Source: Eledone cirrhosa
Taxonomy: Eukaryota
Length of the DNA: 64,000 bases
Assembly: GCA_964016885.1 (NCBI GenBank)
Contig: OZ024741.1
Location: 275,714,001 to 275,778,000 of the forward strand
Direction: 5' to 3'
In this document: positions 1 to 14,095 of the stretch, piece by piece
Layout of the letters: each line of letters begins with the position of its first letter
How positions within the stretch are numbered: the first letter of the stretch is position 1
Translations under genes and position numbers: made by a program
The notes under the pieces: model-generated
The model's input: the letters and a program-made list of their open reading frames with translations, nothing else
Database searches by the model: none
Told to the model about the DNA's origin: nothing

Positions 1-1015
1 GGGTGTTGTAGGCCTCCCTATTGATGATGCAGAATTCCTTTCCTTTGTAGGAGGGGAGGTAGATGAGGTTCCTTGATTTCAGTTTGGTGAGAGTGGTGAG
101 TTGTGATTTAGTGAGGTTGTGTGTGTGTTTATGTAGGATGTCAGAGATAGAGTGTTTCAACCTGATGAGTTTAGTGTCGAGTTTGTGGTTGGTGGGTGGG
201 GGGAAGGGTGGAGCGAGTTGTCAAAGTGGTACGTGGGGAACTTGGAGCAGGTGTGTAGGTGCTGTTATTTTCCGTGGTGGTGTTGATGGCGGTCACCCAT
301 TTAAGCTGGTAGGCGGTTCGGCAGAAGTTGGTTTCGATGTCAAGTTTCAGTCTGTCGTCGAGCCACTGGGAGACGATGAACTTGGGTCCGAAGCGTAGGA
401 GTTCCAGCTTGTCGTTTGTGAGGGTACCGGTTAGGTTGGTGACCAGGTGTGTCACATCACTGAGGTGTAGCTCATTGTTGGAGGATGCGGTGGTGGCGGT
501 TGTTATGTTGCTGTCCATTATGTGGTCCTGGTCGGTCTGTCTTGTTAGTGTCGGTGTTTTCGTTGTGGAGTTTACACAAGGTCCACTCAAATTTCTGCTC
601 GAGCAATTTCTTTTCTTGTTGGACTCTGGAGTAGTAACACTGGTGGATTGCTTTTGTGGTTTTAAGGATCAAGTCATCGAGTGTCAGTGTTAAGCGATGT
701 GTTCGCTCTGAGAGTGTCCGCTTATGGATGTGCAATTGACGGTGGAGATGTCACAGGATCTTCTTGATAGATAGGCGGTGTATGCTGCTAGCGGTGTTTT
801 CAAAGGCTGGTGTACGTAGGCATCCTGGTAAACGGATGCTCTTGATGGTGGTGGGGATAACATTGTTCTTTAGGCAGCATTTTAGGAAAATAATTTGGCA
901 GCCACCTTTGGCCCATTTCTCCAACAGTCTGAAAAGTTCCCTTACGGATGCAAACAATTCCTGGCTCAGGTGTAAGGATAAGAGAGTGTTGAAGTTTGCT
1001 TGGAGCATTGTGAAA
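1..1015 (-). mobile_element. Penelope-like retroelement, degenerate N-terminal ORF region; runs off the window start
   Basis: Frameshifted pieces with FLKCCLKNNVIP and VTNLTGTLTNDKLELLRFGPKF, typical of PLE ORF N-termini; abuts (TA)n at 1018-1052. Confidence 0.7.
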
Positions 1016-1021
1016 TAATAT

Positions 1022-1052
<31 letters not shown>

Positions 1053-2001
1053 CGTGCGTGCGTTTATCAGTGATTTAGCAGTTTGATATAAACAGATTGA
1101 TAAAATAACTACCAGACTTGAAAAAATAAGTACTGGGATTGATCAACTAAATCTCTTTAAGTCGATGCCTTAGCATGGTCACAGTCTAAGACTGAAAACA
1201 GTAAAAATAAATATCAAAGAATAAACACCATCTGGGGCCATTAAAGAGAGAAAATATTTCAAAACATTGCTCTGACCTAGGTGTAGAGTCTCTCACCCTC
1301 TCCCCTTTCTTCCTTTGTCTAATATTTCTTGCTCCTCTCCTTTTTCTCTCATTTATGGCATTTATAGTCCTTTCTAATACTGCTTTCTTTTTATGTATGT
1401 TTAACCAAATATTTCAATACTGGACACAGCATTGTCTAATGTTCCTTTGAAAATAGAGTGAAGTGGTTTTTTGAGTTCTAGACTTGGTGGGCTCCGGCGA
1501 ACAGTATCTGAAATGGTTCCCTATCCAGGACTTCAAAACATTACGTTAGTTTTAGACCAGTGTTGAGAAGGGATGAGGAATGGAGCACAAAGTTAGCTAG
1601 CAACCTTACCTCCATTAATCAAAATTGTTACAGGAACAAGCTAATACCTTAGTCTGTGACAAGGCTGGCAACCATGTGAAATGGAGAGCTCTTGTTGCTC
1701 ATTGGTCCATGGAGAGGAGGAGGAGGAAATGAAGAAGAGGAGGAGAACAAGGAGGAAGAGGAAAGAAGGAGATGAAAGGAGGGGAAGGAGAAGAAGATGA
1801 TGAGGAGGAGGAAGAGAAGGAGGAAGTAGAGGAGGAGAAGGCAGAAGATTGAAAATAATGAAGGTCCAAGAAAACTTGGGGATTCAAGCAGACCTTTGCT
1901 GAACAAAAAGGGTTGAGGGTTGAGAGAACTCTCCGGAAGCTAACTATTCTTACCCTTCTTGAGGCAGAGCTCAGCAGAAGTTAGGTGTGATGTTTAATGG
2001 G

Positions 2002-2369
2002 GGTCAGGTAAAAGATCAGGTTTCAAGTTGAGCTGCTTTAGCTTGGATTTGATCTGTCTCTGTGTTCTGAGAGAGGTCAGGTAAAAGATCAGGTTTCAAG
2101 TTGAGCTGCTTTAGCTTGGATTTGATCTGTCTCTGTGTTCTGAGAGAGGTCAGGTAAAAGATTAGGTTTCAAGTTGAGCTGCTTTAGCTTGGATTTGATC
2201 TGTCTCTGTGTTCTGAGAGAGGTCAGGTAAAAGATCAGGTTTCAAGTTGAGCTGCTTTAGCTTGGATTTGATCTGTCTCTGTGTTCTGAGAGAGGTCAGG
2301 TAAAAGATCAGGTTTCAAGTTGAGCTGCTTTAGCTTGGATTTGATCTGTTGTCTCTGTGTTCTGAGAGA
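2002..2369. repeat. 73-bp tandem repeat x5 overlapping the SFI1 stop codon
   Basis: Units start at 2002, 2075, 2148, 2221 and 2294. Confidence 0.95.
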
Positions 2370-2399
2370 GGTCTTCAGAGAAGTGATACTGTGTTCTGT
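2235..2399 (-). CDS. SFI1: SFI1 terminal coding exon
   Basis: TEHSITSLKTSLRTQRQQIKSKLKQLNLKPDLLPDLSQNTETDQIQAKAAQLET-stop; ttttccccag acceptor. Confidence 0.8.
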   Translation of the reverse strand, partial: TEHSITSLKTSLRTQRQQIKSKLKQLNLKPDLLPDLSQNTETDQIQAKAAQLET

Positions 2400-2891
2400 C
2401 TGGGGAAAACATAGAAACATGATAGATTAACAGTATCAGAATGTGTTATCATCATCACCATCATAATCATTATCCCCCATCTCCATCATTATCACCCTCA
2501 TCACCACCATCACCACCACATAATCAACATTATCATCATCATTGTTATCATGTCCACTATTCCATGCTGGTATATGGATAGGATTACGGAGTTGATAAAA
2601 TAAAACACCAGTAATGCACGGTGATAATTGCTGGCCGTGTACCAAAAAGTAGATACAATTATATAACTATATGATTATCGTCAAGTATTATGGCACTACT
2701 ACTACTGCTACTACTACCACCACTGCTGCTACTACCATCACCACCACCACTACTGCTACTACTATCACCACCACCACTACTGCTACTACCATCACCACCA
2801 CCACTATTACTACTACTACTGCCACCACTACCACTACTACCACCACCACCACCACTACTACTACCACAACTACTACCACCACAACTACTAT

Positions 2892-2926
<35 letters not shown>

Positions 2927-5900
2927 ATACTACTACTACTACCACAACTACTACCACAACTACCACTACTACTACTACTACTACTACCACTACTACTACT
3001 ACTACTATTACTACTACAGCAAGTCTTGATGGTACACACATCAGTATGTTATGGGGCCATTCCAGATATCTCTTGGAAGGAGCAACATACTAAACAAGGA
3101 CTGTATGACAATGATCTTACAATCAGAGATATCATTAGAAAGAGTGACATGCAGGACATTGCTGGAGTTGGAGATGGAGAGCAAAGCAAGATCTGATTAA
3201 AGCACCCAGTCCACACTGTAAAGTGGTTGTGTAGAAGACATGACAAAAAGCACCCAGCTCACACTGTAAAGTGGTCATGTAGGAGACACAGCAAAAAGCA
3301 CCCAGTCCACACTGTAAAATGGTTGTGTAGAAGACATGACAAAAAGCACCCAGCTCACACTGTAAAGTGGTCATGTAGGAGACACAGCAAAAAGCACCCA
3401 GTCCACACTGTAAAGTGGTTGTGTAGAAGACATGACAAAAAGCACCCAGCCCACACTGTAAAGTGGTCATGTAGGAGACACAGCAAAAAGCACCCAGTCC
3501 ACACTGTAAAGTGGTCATATAGGAGACACAGCAAAAAGCACCCAGTCCACACTGTAAAGTGGTTGTGTAGGTGTCACAGCAAAAAGCACCCAGCTCACAC
3601 TGTAAAGTGGTCATGTAGGAGACACAGCAAAAAGCACCCAGTCCACACTGTAAAGTGGTTGTGTAGGTGTCACAGCAAAAAGCACCCAGCTCACACTGTA
3701 AAGTGGTCATGTAGGAGACACAGCAAAAAGCACCCAGTCCACACTGTAAAGTGGTCATGTAGGAGACACAGCAAAAAGCACCCAGTCCACACTGTAAAGT
3801 GGTCATGTAGTAGACACAGCAAAAAGCACCCAGTCCACACTGTAAAGTGGTCATGTAGGTGTCACAACAAAAGGCACTCAGTCCACACTGTAAAGTGGTC
3901 ATGTAGGTGTCACAACAAAAGGCACCCAGTCCACACTGTAAAGTGGTCATGTACGAGACACAACAAAAAGCACCCAGTCCACACTGTAAAGTGGTCATGT
4001 AGGTGTCACAACAAAAGGCACCCAGTCCACACTGTAAAGTGGTCATGTACGAGACACAACAAAAAGCACCCAGTCCACACTGTAAATATGGTTGGCGTTA
4101 GGAAGGGCATCCAGCCGTAGAAAACCAACCAGAAACAGTCCTATATGAGCGAGACACGGTCACCCGACCCAACTTGCCTCTAAATGGGACAAACCCATCT
4201 AACTCATGCTAGCGTGGAAGATGAGGTTAAACGACGATGATGATATGGATACGACATCGTTATGGGCCATTGTGAATATCTCCTGGGAAGAACTACAGAC
4301 TAAACAAGGACTGTACAGCTATGTTATCAGAGAGAGATGAGGATTATGATAGAAACTATACACAAATGATGATACATACCTCCAATAGTTCAACTTCCAC
4401 AGTCTGTGAAATGCTGCATTCTTGCATACTATCCTGCCAACTGTGCAACTGTTGCTTATATGTCTGTAGAGAACTGTAAGAAAGTGTCACATATATATAT
4501 ATTTAAAATGTCTAAGACAAGCTGTATGTCACTATCTACGTCCCCCCCCCCCCCATGATTCCAACATGAATTACAGATTCACATTTAACCCTTTTGCATT
4601 CACATTACTCTAATATATACTATTATATTTTCATGGTAAAGGCTTTACCTCACATAATATCGAATCTATGAGATTTCATTGTTATTTATTTTGAGAACAA
4701 TACCTTAACGTCAGTATGAGTGGCTAGTTATGGCCGGTTTGAACAGAAAGAGGTGATAGAATTCTGGCCAGATACAGCCAGTTTAAATACTAAAGGGTTA
4801 AGGTACCCAAAACACACTGTATGCAACTACGGCATCCTTATGACCCCATAAAGAGTTACAGAACCATATTTAAGGTACCCAAAACAAGCTGTATGTCACA
4901 ACAGCACCTCTATGACCCCATCAAGAATTACAGGTTCACACATATATATTCAATGTAAGACTTATTTTTAAACACTGTAATTATTTGAGAAGCTTGACAC
5001 ATAGTGGCCATGTGTATCTAGTTTAGAATAGGTACACTGTGTCCCTACATGTCATAAGAAGGGTTAATATCACTAGTGTCCCACTACTATCCCACTACAT
5101 ACAGCTATGTCACTGTCTCACCACATACAGCTATGTCACTGTCCAACCACTGTCTCACCACATACAGCTATGTAACTGTCCCACCACTGTCTCACCAGAT
5201 ACAGCTATGTCACTGTCCCACCACTGTCTCACCACATACAGCTATGTCACTGTCCAACCACTGTCTCACCACATACAGCTATGTAACTGTCCCACCACTG
5301 TCTCACCAGATACAGCTATGTCACTGTCCCACCACTGTCTCACCACATACAGCTATGTAACTGTCCCACTACTGTCTAACCACATACAGCTAAGTCACTG
5401 TCCCACTACTGTCTCACTACATACAGCTATATCACTGTCCCACCACTGACTCACCACATACAGCTATGTCACTGTCCCACCAGTCTCACCACATACAGCT
5501 AAGTCACTGTCCCACTACTGTCTCACCACATACAGCTATGTCACTGTCCCACCACATACAGCTATGTCACTGTCCCACCACATACAGCTGTCAGTCCCAC
5601 TACATACAGCTATGTCACTATCCCACCACATACAGCTAAGTCACTGTCCCACTACTGTCTCACCACATACAACTATGTCACTGTCCCACTACTGTCTAAC
5701 CACATACAGCTATGTCACTGTCCCACCACATACAACTATGTCACTGTCCAACCACTGTCTCACCCAGCTGTCACTGTCCCATTACAGTGTCCCACCACTG
5801 TCCCACTACAGTCTCCCACCACTGTCCCATTACTGTCACTACAGTGTCCCAGCTAAGCCTCAGTACAGACATCAATGTAATCTAAGTGCCATGTCAGCAG

Positions 5901-7305
5901 TAAACAGAAACAGCTATGAACCATACTGTATGTTAAAGAGATCTCTGTAACCCACAAACTCCCATGTGTGTAAGAAGTCCAATAAATAATTAATGAAATA
6001 TCTACAACAGTTTAATAAACAAACCTGAGTCTGAGGCGTCTCTGTTTATAGTCCAGTATTAGCTGCTTCAATTGAGATACTTCTTCAACCAACCATGACT
6101 GGCTATTATCCGTACTTGATGTTGATTTGTCATCTGTGACTGAATCATTACTCCTGCCCTGGATATATCTGCTGACACTATGGTTTGGTAGGTTGAAGTC
6201 TTGTGGTGTCATAAGCCTGTGACTATCCTCAACATTAGTCTTTGGCAACTTTGATTTACCTCCAATACTTGTCACTGCTCTCCATTGTGGTCCAGTGTCT
6301 TGGACAGTGTTAAAGTCAATGCTGTACTGCAGCTCTTCTTCCTGGGATATATAAGGAACAACATTCTCTACTGAACTGTTGTCATGAAGAGTATCACAGT
6401 TAATGTTACACTGATGATGTCTTTCATCATCTGGAATGTTGGCGCTGACAATGGGCTGGAAGCTTTTGTCTTGGGAAATATTCTGTACAGAATCCTGTAA
6501 TAAACCTTTATCTCCAAGAATGTTGAGGGCTGCAGTTTGTAGCTGTTTTTTAGTTGTGGTAATATTATGGTTGGTAGAGTCTAGTAAACTCAATTCTCTG
6601 AGAATATTGGAATTGGTATTTGACAGTAAACCTTTAACAGGATCAATGATATTAGAATTACTTGCTAGTAACTGTTTATCTTCAGCAATATTTGTACATG
6701 AAATCTGCCTTCCCACATCCTCTCTAACAATATTATAGTGCAATGTTGCCGGTGGTGCAGTCTGTCCAACAATACCATGGTGTACTGTTGCCAGTGGTGC
6801 AGTCTGTCCAACAATACCATGGTGTACTGTTGCCAGTGGTGCAGTCTGTCCAACAATACCATGGTGTACTGTTGCCAGTGGTGCAGTCTGTCCAACAATA
6901 CCATGGTGTAATGTTGCCGGTGGTACAGTCTCTCTAACAATGCCAGGCTGAGGCATTAGCGTCACTGACATCTGCTGTCTAACATCTCCTGATGTCATCT
7001 TTGTTAAGACTCTACAATTGGTGTCAAGTGAAGCAGAGTCCACTGGATGCTGCTTTAATAAAGTAGGGTAAAAACTGGAAGTAATCTGAAAGGATAAGTG
7101 GAAAAAAAACATTTCACAATATATGGAAACATCATCATCACCATTATAACCACCACCACCACCACCACCACCACCACCAAAGATTGTGAGAGCTGACCTC
7201 AAATCACTGAGACTCACAGAGAAGATGACAAAGGATTGTTACATGTGGAGAAATGCCATGTTGAAAAGGACCTGTCCAACCCATGTAAGCATGGAAAAGC
7301 AGATG

Positions 7306-7342
<37 letters not shown>

Positions 7343-7590
7343 AGAAAGCTTTGCAACATTTGTTCCAGCTCTGTGTGCTGCGAGTTCAAATCCTTTCGAG
7401 GTCAATAAAATACAATACCAGTTCAATGCTAAGGTAGATTCTCTCTCTCTCTTTGTGCAAGTATTCAACTGTGTTCAAACATAGAGAGAAGTGGACATGA
7501 CCAAGTTTAAAATGCCCAAGAAATGCTGTATATGTCATGATGGCATCTCTATGACTGTTAGGAGTTATGGACCCATACATATTCATATAT

Positions 7591-7621
<31 letters not shown>

Positions 7622-7812
7622 GATAGATAGACACACACACATATATAGATACACACACACATATATATAGATACACATACACACACACATATATATATAT
7701 ATAAATACACACACACACACACATATATATATAAATACACACACACATATATATATAGATACACATACACACACACACATATATATATATACACACACAC
7801 ATATATATAGAT

Positions 7813-7843
<31 letters not shown>

Positions 7844-10800
7844 GATAGACACACACACATATATAGATACACACACACATATATATAGATACACATACAC
7901 ACACACATATATATATATAAATACACACACACACACACACACATATATAAATACACACACACATATATATATATAGATACACATACACACACACACACAT
8001 ATATATATATACACACACACATATATATAGATACACAAACACACACATATAGATACACACACACACACACACCTATATAGATACACACATACACCCACAT
8101 ATATAGATACACATACACACACACATATAGATACACACACACACACACATACAGATACACACACACATATATATATGCACACATTTGTATACATACACAA
8201 ATGCATATATACACATACAAACATAATTTAAGATTCTATATTTGACAAATTGATATTTTAACACAGGGACACAACATAGGTAAATGTAAACAACACTAAC
8301 AACAGTAACAACAAGAACAATAACAACAACAACACACAGATCAATCAATCAATGAAACTCTTCTCTTATAAACAAACTTCGTTAGAATATAACAATGTTA
8401 ATTACCTGCTCCTCGTTATCTCTAATTGGAGATAAAGTCACTTTGACCTTGTCACTGAAGTGACCAGTGACAAGGTCATTGTCAGTGGCTACCCCGATTT
8501 TATCACTGGCCATCACTCCAGCCTTGTCACTGGCCACTCCAGCCTTGTCACTGGCCACTCTGAGTTTGTCACTGGCCATGCCATCATTGTTTAATGTGAT
8601 ATATTGATGTTGTTGCTGTTGTTCATCACACTGTAGCTGATTAGAAGCTTCTGGAAAAGTCCTGAAACAAATATATTAACATAGTGAATTCTAGAAATGC
8701 AACTCACCTTACATCTGTTCCTGCACCCTACAATGTGCATCTGGTGCATTTTATCATGGCACCAACACTACAGCATTGTCTATATGTCTTTGACATATAC
8801 TCTCAGGGCTTGAATTATTTTTTTGAATAATTGTTTTAACCCTTTAGTGTTCAAACCGGCCAGAATTCTCTACCTCCTTCTGTTGAAACTGGCTGTAACT
8901 GGTCGCTCAAACTGATGTTAAGGTATTGTTCTCAAAATAAATACTTTCAAAATCTCATAGATTCGATATTATATGAGATAATTATGTGAGGTAAAGCCTT
9001 TACCATGAAAATATAATATTATATATAAAATAATGTGAATGCTAAAGGGCTAAATTGTTCAGTCGAGGCTATATGGAGTTCACACCCTTACATGTTTCTC
9101 ATTATCAGAACACAAGTGGTAGTTGTAGTCACTTGTGTTGGGACACATGCATTCCAAATTTTCTCATTGCTTTTTAAGTCAACCAATTGTTAACACTTCT
9201 GTATTTAACTAGAATGAAATGGAATTTTAATTACAAGTTATAATCATTTTAGTCTTCCACACCTGTAACACTTCCCCCTCTAAGACAGTGAATTAGCAGT
9301 CATTGGGCCATGAAATTAAAGTTGACCTCAGCGGGATTTGTGAAGGCATGTGGCCTAGTGGTAAGGGTGTTGGACTTATGACCATAATGTTGTGGGTTAG
9401 CAATTATCCTAGTGTATTACTGGTACTTCATTTTATTGATGCCATAAGGATGAAAAGCAAAGTTAAATTCGGCAGGATTTGAACTCAGACTGTAAAGGGC
9501 CGTAATTCTATGATGCAAAGCATGTCAATAATAACAATAACTAGCAGCCATACCCAGCGTTGCCTGGGTAGGTAAAATAATATCTGCTTTGATGAAAAGG
9601 TGTTGATCTTAGCGACTGCTTCTCGATGACTGCTTCTCTATGGCCACACACAGGCCATGCAGGGGAGGGTGGTGATGACCTCTATCACTGAGAAATGCGG
9701 GTGACTGACGAAGGTGCATGCTGGGGGAGGGAGGTAATGACCTCTAACACTAAGCCAAATTTCCTCACGCTACTTGATTGGAAACCGATTAATTCTCAAA
9801 TACACAACTAAAAGCTCAGACGATGTCAGTGGCCATCGTTTTGCCTTTGACCATCTATAAGATGTGCAATGATAGGTTCTATCGTAGTATAAAAGTTGAA
9901 CCAAATAAATTGATTTATGTGTGAGGTGGAGCCGAAGTTTCGAATTTGAACGAAATTGGTTGAAAAATGTGGGAGCTAATCATAGGTTCTATCGTAGTAT
10001 AAAAGCTGAACCAAATAAATTGATTTATGTGTGAGGTGGAGCCGAAGTTTCGAATTTGAACGAAATCGGTTGAAAAATGTGGGAGCTAGAGCCAAAAAGG
10101 TGGTATTTTTTAATATTTCAGCGGCTGCCACGCCGTTCCTGAACAAAAAATCCAAAATGTAAAGCCACTTTAAGATGTGAAATAATCAGATCTAACGTAG
10201 TGTAAAATTTGAACAAAGTAGGTTGATTAATGTGGGAGCTAGAGCAGAAAAAGGGGAAATTTGAGTCTAAAAGTGGTATTTTTGAATATTTAAGCGGCTG
10301 CCACGCTGTCCCTGAACAACAAATGCAAAATATAAAGCCATTACAGGATGTGCAATGATAAATTCTATTTTGCTTTAAAATTTGAATGAAATCGGTGGCA
10401 AAATGTGGGAGCGAGAGCCAAAAATCTTATTTTTTCGACACCTAAAAAAAGGTGACCCCCCCCATATCGATTTTTATCTGCAGAATGACCCCGGAATAAA
10501 AAAAACGATACGCTGATATATAGAAAACACTCCCCGCTGACTAATCTATGAGCCTGTAATAAAGTTTCATGAAAATCGGTCATAAGATGTAGGCCCCTAT
10601 AGGTAATACACAGACACACATACGTAATTTTATATATATACAGATAATTGTTTCTACTGTAGGCACAAGGCCAGCAATTTGAAGGGGCGGGGAAAGTTGA
10701 TTAAATCCACCCCAGTGCATTACTGGTGTTTTATTTTATCAACCCTGTAAGGATGAAAGGCAAAGCTAACCTCAACAGGATTTGAACTCAGAATGTAAAG

Positions 10801-13800
10801 GGACGTAACTATATGCCACAGAGCATGTCTGACGCTCTACCGATACTGCCAATCCACTGCCCTAAACATGGATAAAATAATAACATAGAGAACAGTTTCT
10901 CAAATACCTGCAGATTGAGTCAATGGTAGTATTGTCAAGATCCAATGATTGCAAGATGAAGGCTGGACAAACCGGCTTTGGTCTGGATTTACTGACCTTC
11001 AGGTTGTTGACATCTTTGTTGTTGCTTCAACAGAGAAAAACAAGTTGAGTGATTTTAATGTCCCAGACAGACACAACTTCTTGATAAAGATATTTCATTG
11101 TCACCCCCATACAACCTTGGCTAGCATGGGTTGTATGGGTATTTACAGACCAAGTTAGTATTTAACTGGTGCTACTGTCCTCCTTGACTGGTTGGGGAAG
11201 TGTGTGCGTTTCTGTCTTTTTCACATATATTTCATCTTGGTATGGTTTCTACAGCAACTACTTTACAGAGTGTACTGGGTGTAATTTATCCTAGCACCGG
11301 TACTAGAGATGTTGGCATGTCCTTGACACAACAGAAAAATCTTCTCTACCCTTTTGGCATGATTTCTACAGCCAGATGGCCTTATTATGTCATCCACTTT
11401 ACAGAGTGTACTGGGTGTAATTTATCCTAGCACCGGTACTAGAGATGTTGGCATGTCCTTGACACAACAGAAAAATCTTCTCTACCCTTTTGGCATGATT
11501 TCTACAGCCAGATGGCCTTATTATGTCATCCACTTTACAGAGTGTACTGGGTGTAATTTATCATTGCACCAGAACTAGAGAGATCGTCTTGCCATTGAAG
11601 CAACTAAAGAGTCTTCTCTAACATTCTAATAGGATTTTTATAGCTGGATACCAGGTTCAATCCCACAGAAAGGCCATCTTAAGCAAGAGTCTTTACCATA
11701 ACCTCAGCTTGACCCAAGCCCTGTCAGTGAAAATGGGTAAGCAGAATTTGTAAGGAAGCTTATTGAATGGATTGTGCCTGTAATTCAAAGGTCCAGTTTT
11801 GTCACATGCTGAGTCAGCTTGGGAATTATGTTAAGTATGTGGAATACTCAACCACTTACACATACATTTCATAGACAGGCTGCTCCATTGATTAAACAGA
11901 GTTCAAGTTTGATCAACAAAATCCCAGACCTCATTTGCTTACCGAGTGAGGTGGAACTCATCAAATTGGACCAAGGAAACAATGTTTCCATTGGTTTTGC
12001 CTCATTGCTGACACTTTCTACCAGTCGCAACTTGGACATTCATCGTCAAAACTGCCTGTAGTCCATCGATAATGATGTCAATGGTCTTTGGTAAGACTTG
12101 GCATTCATCAAACAACTGAAAATTCATCATGAAAATCAATGGAGAATCATCATCATCATTACCGTTTAAGCCTTTAGCATTTACATTACTCCATATTTAC
12201 TATTGTATTTTCATGGTAAAGACTTTATCTCACATAATCTCAAGATTTCAATGATATTATTGTTTATCTTAAGAATGATATCTTAACGATGGCATGAGCT
12301 GCTGGTTATGGCTGGTTTCAAAAAGGGAAAAGAATTCTTGCTGGATACAGCCAGTTTAAATGCTAAAGGGTTAATGTCCATTTTTTCCATGTTAGCATGG
12401 ATTAGACACGTTGTCCCTTTGTGAGACAAGTCAGATCAGGTGATGATGTTTTGCTCATACAGAACTGGTTCTAGCTTTGTTTCTATTGCTGGATGCCCTT
12501 CTTAATGCCAACCACATTTGAGGCAAGTCGAAGTCGGATGACCACGTCTTGCTCATACAGAACCATTTCTGGCTTGGTTTCTATTGCTGGATGCCATTCT
12601 TAATCCCAATCATATACAGAAACAAGATGTAGCTTACCTCCAGCTTTCATGATGGATTGTTGAGGGCTTTGATGAGGAAATTCCAGAGTGTAGTAGTGGG
12701 ACAGTTTCAATATTTTGGAGTTTGGGAAAGCATGAGCCCTGAGAAGGATTTATTTTGGAGTCTCCATCATGTTGCTTCTTGTGTCTTTTCACATACAGTT
12801 TCCAACGCAACGCAAACTTCTGTGCAAGGGTAAATGTGGAAAGAGCATCCTGTAACGAGAACAATTTTAATGATATATATACTCCATATGTGTATGTGTG
12901 TGACAGCTCACACCTATGCAGGTTTAGCTGGCCTCCTCCAAGGTATATCTCGGAGGTCATCATCATCATTTCATTTTACATCCGCTTTTTCCCTGCTTGC
13001 AAGGGTGGGACGGGAACTGATTGTGGCTTGATTTCTACAGCTGGATGCCCTTCCTAACACCAACCTCATTTACAGTGAGTGCTGGGTGCTTTTTTGCCGT
13101 GGCACCTGCACGACCACTTTGCAGTGGAATGATATGGACCCCAGTCCCTATCATCTCATTTCTACAGCTGAGTAAACTGGAGCAATGTGAAATAAAGTGT
13201 CTTGCTCAAGGAAACAACACATCACCCGGTCTGAGAATTGAACTCACAACCTTTCGATTGCAAGGCCAATGCTCTAACCACTAAGCCATGTGCCTCCATA
13301 TGGCGTCTTGGGTAATTTAATGATAGGGACCTATCATCTCATTTCTACAGCTGAGTAAACTGGAGCAACGTGAAATAAAGTGTCTTGCACAAGGAAACAA
13401 CACATCGCCCGATCCGAGAATTGAACTCACAACTTTTCGATTGAAAGCTCAATGCTCTAACCACTAAGCCATGCGCCTCACATATGTATATGTGTGTATG
13501 TATGTACACATGTATGTATATATGTGTGTGTGTTATGTTGGTTCCACAAAAATTTCTACTATAAAGTGGTCGTGAAAGACATGACAAAAAGCACCTAGCA
13601 CACTGTAAATGTGGTTGGTGCTAGGAAGGGCATCCAGCCATAGAAAACCAGCCAGAATCAGTCCTATATGAGCAAGACACGGTCACCTGACCCAACTTGC
13701 CTCTAACCTATGCTAGCGTGGAAGATGGACGTTAAATGATGATGATGATTATAAGAATACAACTCAAACTATACATATTCCATTACTGTTATTTCAATTT

Positions 13801-14064
13801 CATTCCATATTACATATGGTTTACCATTTATTCTCCACCTCATCATCATTTCAGCTATTATTTTAGACATGCTGAGACCTTCTTTTGTCATAAATGAGTC
13901 TCAAACACTTGTTGTTTCTCTCAGAACTTTATTACTGAAGCAATGACAAAAGAAGCCTTCAGCATGTCTGAAATATAATGGATGAAACGATGAGATGGAG
14001 AATAAATGGTAAACTGCATGTAATATGTTGATGATGATGATGATGATGATGGTGGTGATGATGG

Positions 14065-14095
<31 letters not shown>

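Noticed and set aside
2659-3196. Poly-Thr, poly-Ser and poly-Val ORFs
   Set aside because: Trinucleotide microsatellite followed by a decayed LINE scrap.
3135-4120. Cys-rich and His/Lys-rich ORFs of about 300 aa
   Set aside because: Translation of a SINE-derived 48-bp array; no splice signals or unique coding context.
6012-7217. Stand-alone 401-aa gene
   Set aside because: Better explained as an internal SFI1 exon (6025-7085); the ORF's N-terminus is intronic repeat.
7386-8348. Cys/Val/Tyr/Ile-rich ORFs (also 40042-40850, 44422-45242, 46965-47314)
   Set aside because: Dinucleotide microsatellite translations.
11943-12115. Candidate SFI1 exon with AG/GT-like borders
   Set aside because: Stops occur in all frames, and similar sequence recurs near 28150-28245, so it is an interspersed repeat. 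The flanking exons join in frame without it.
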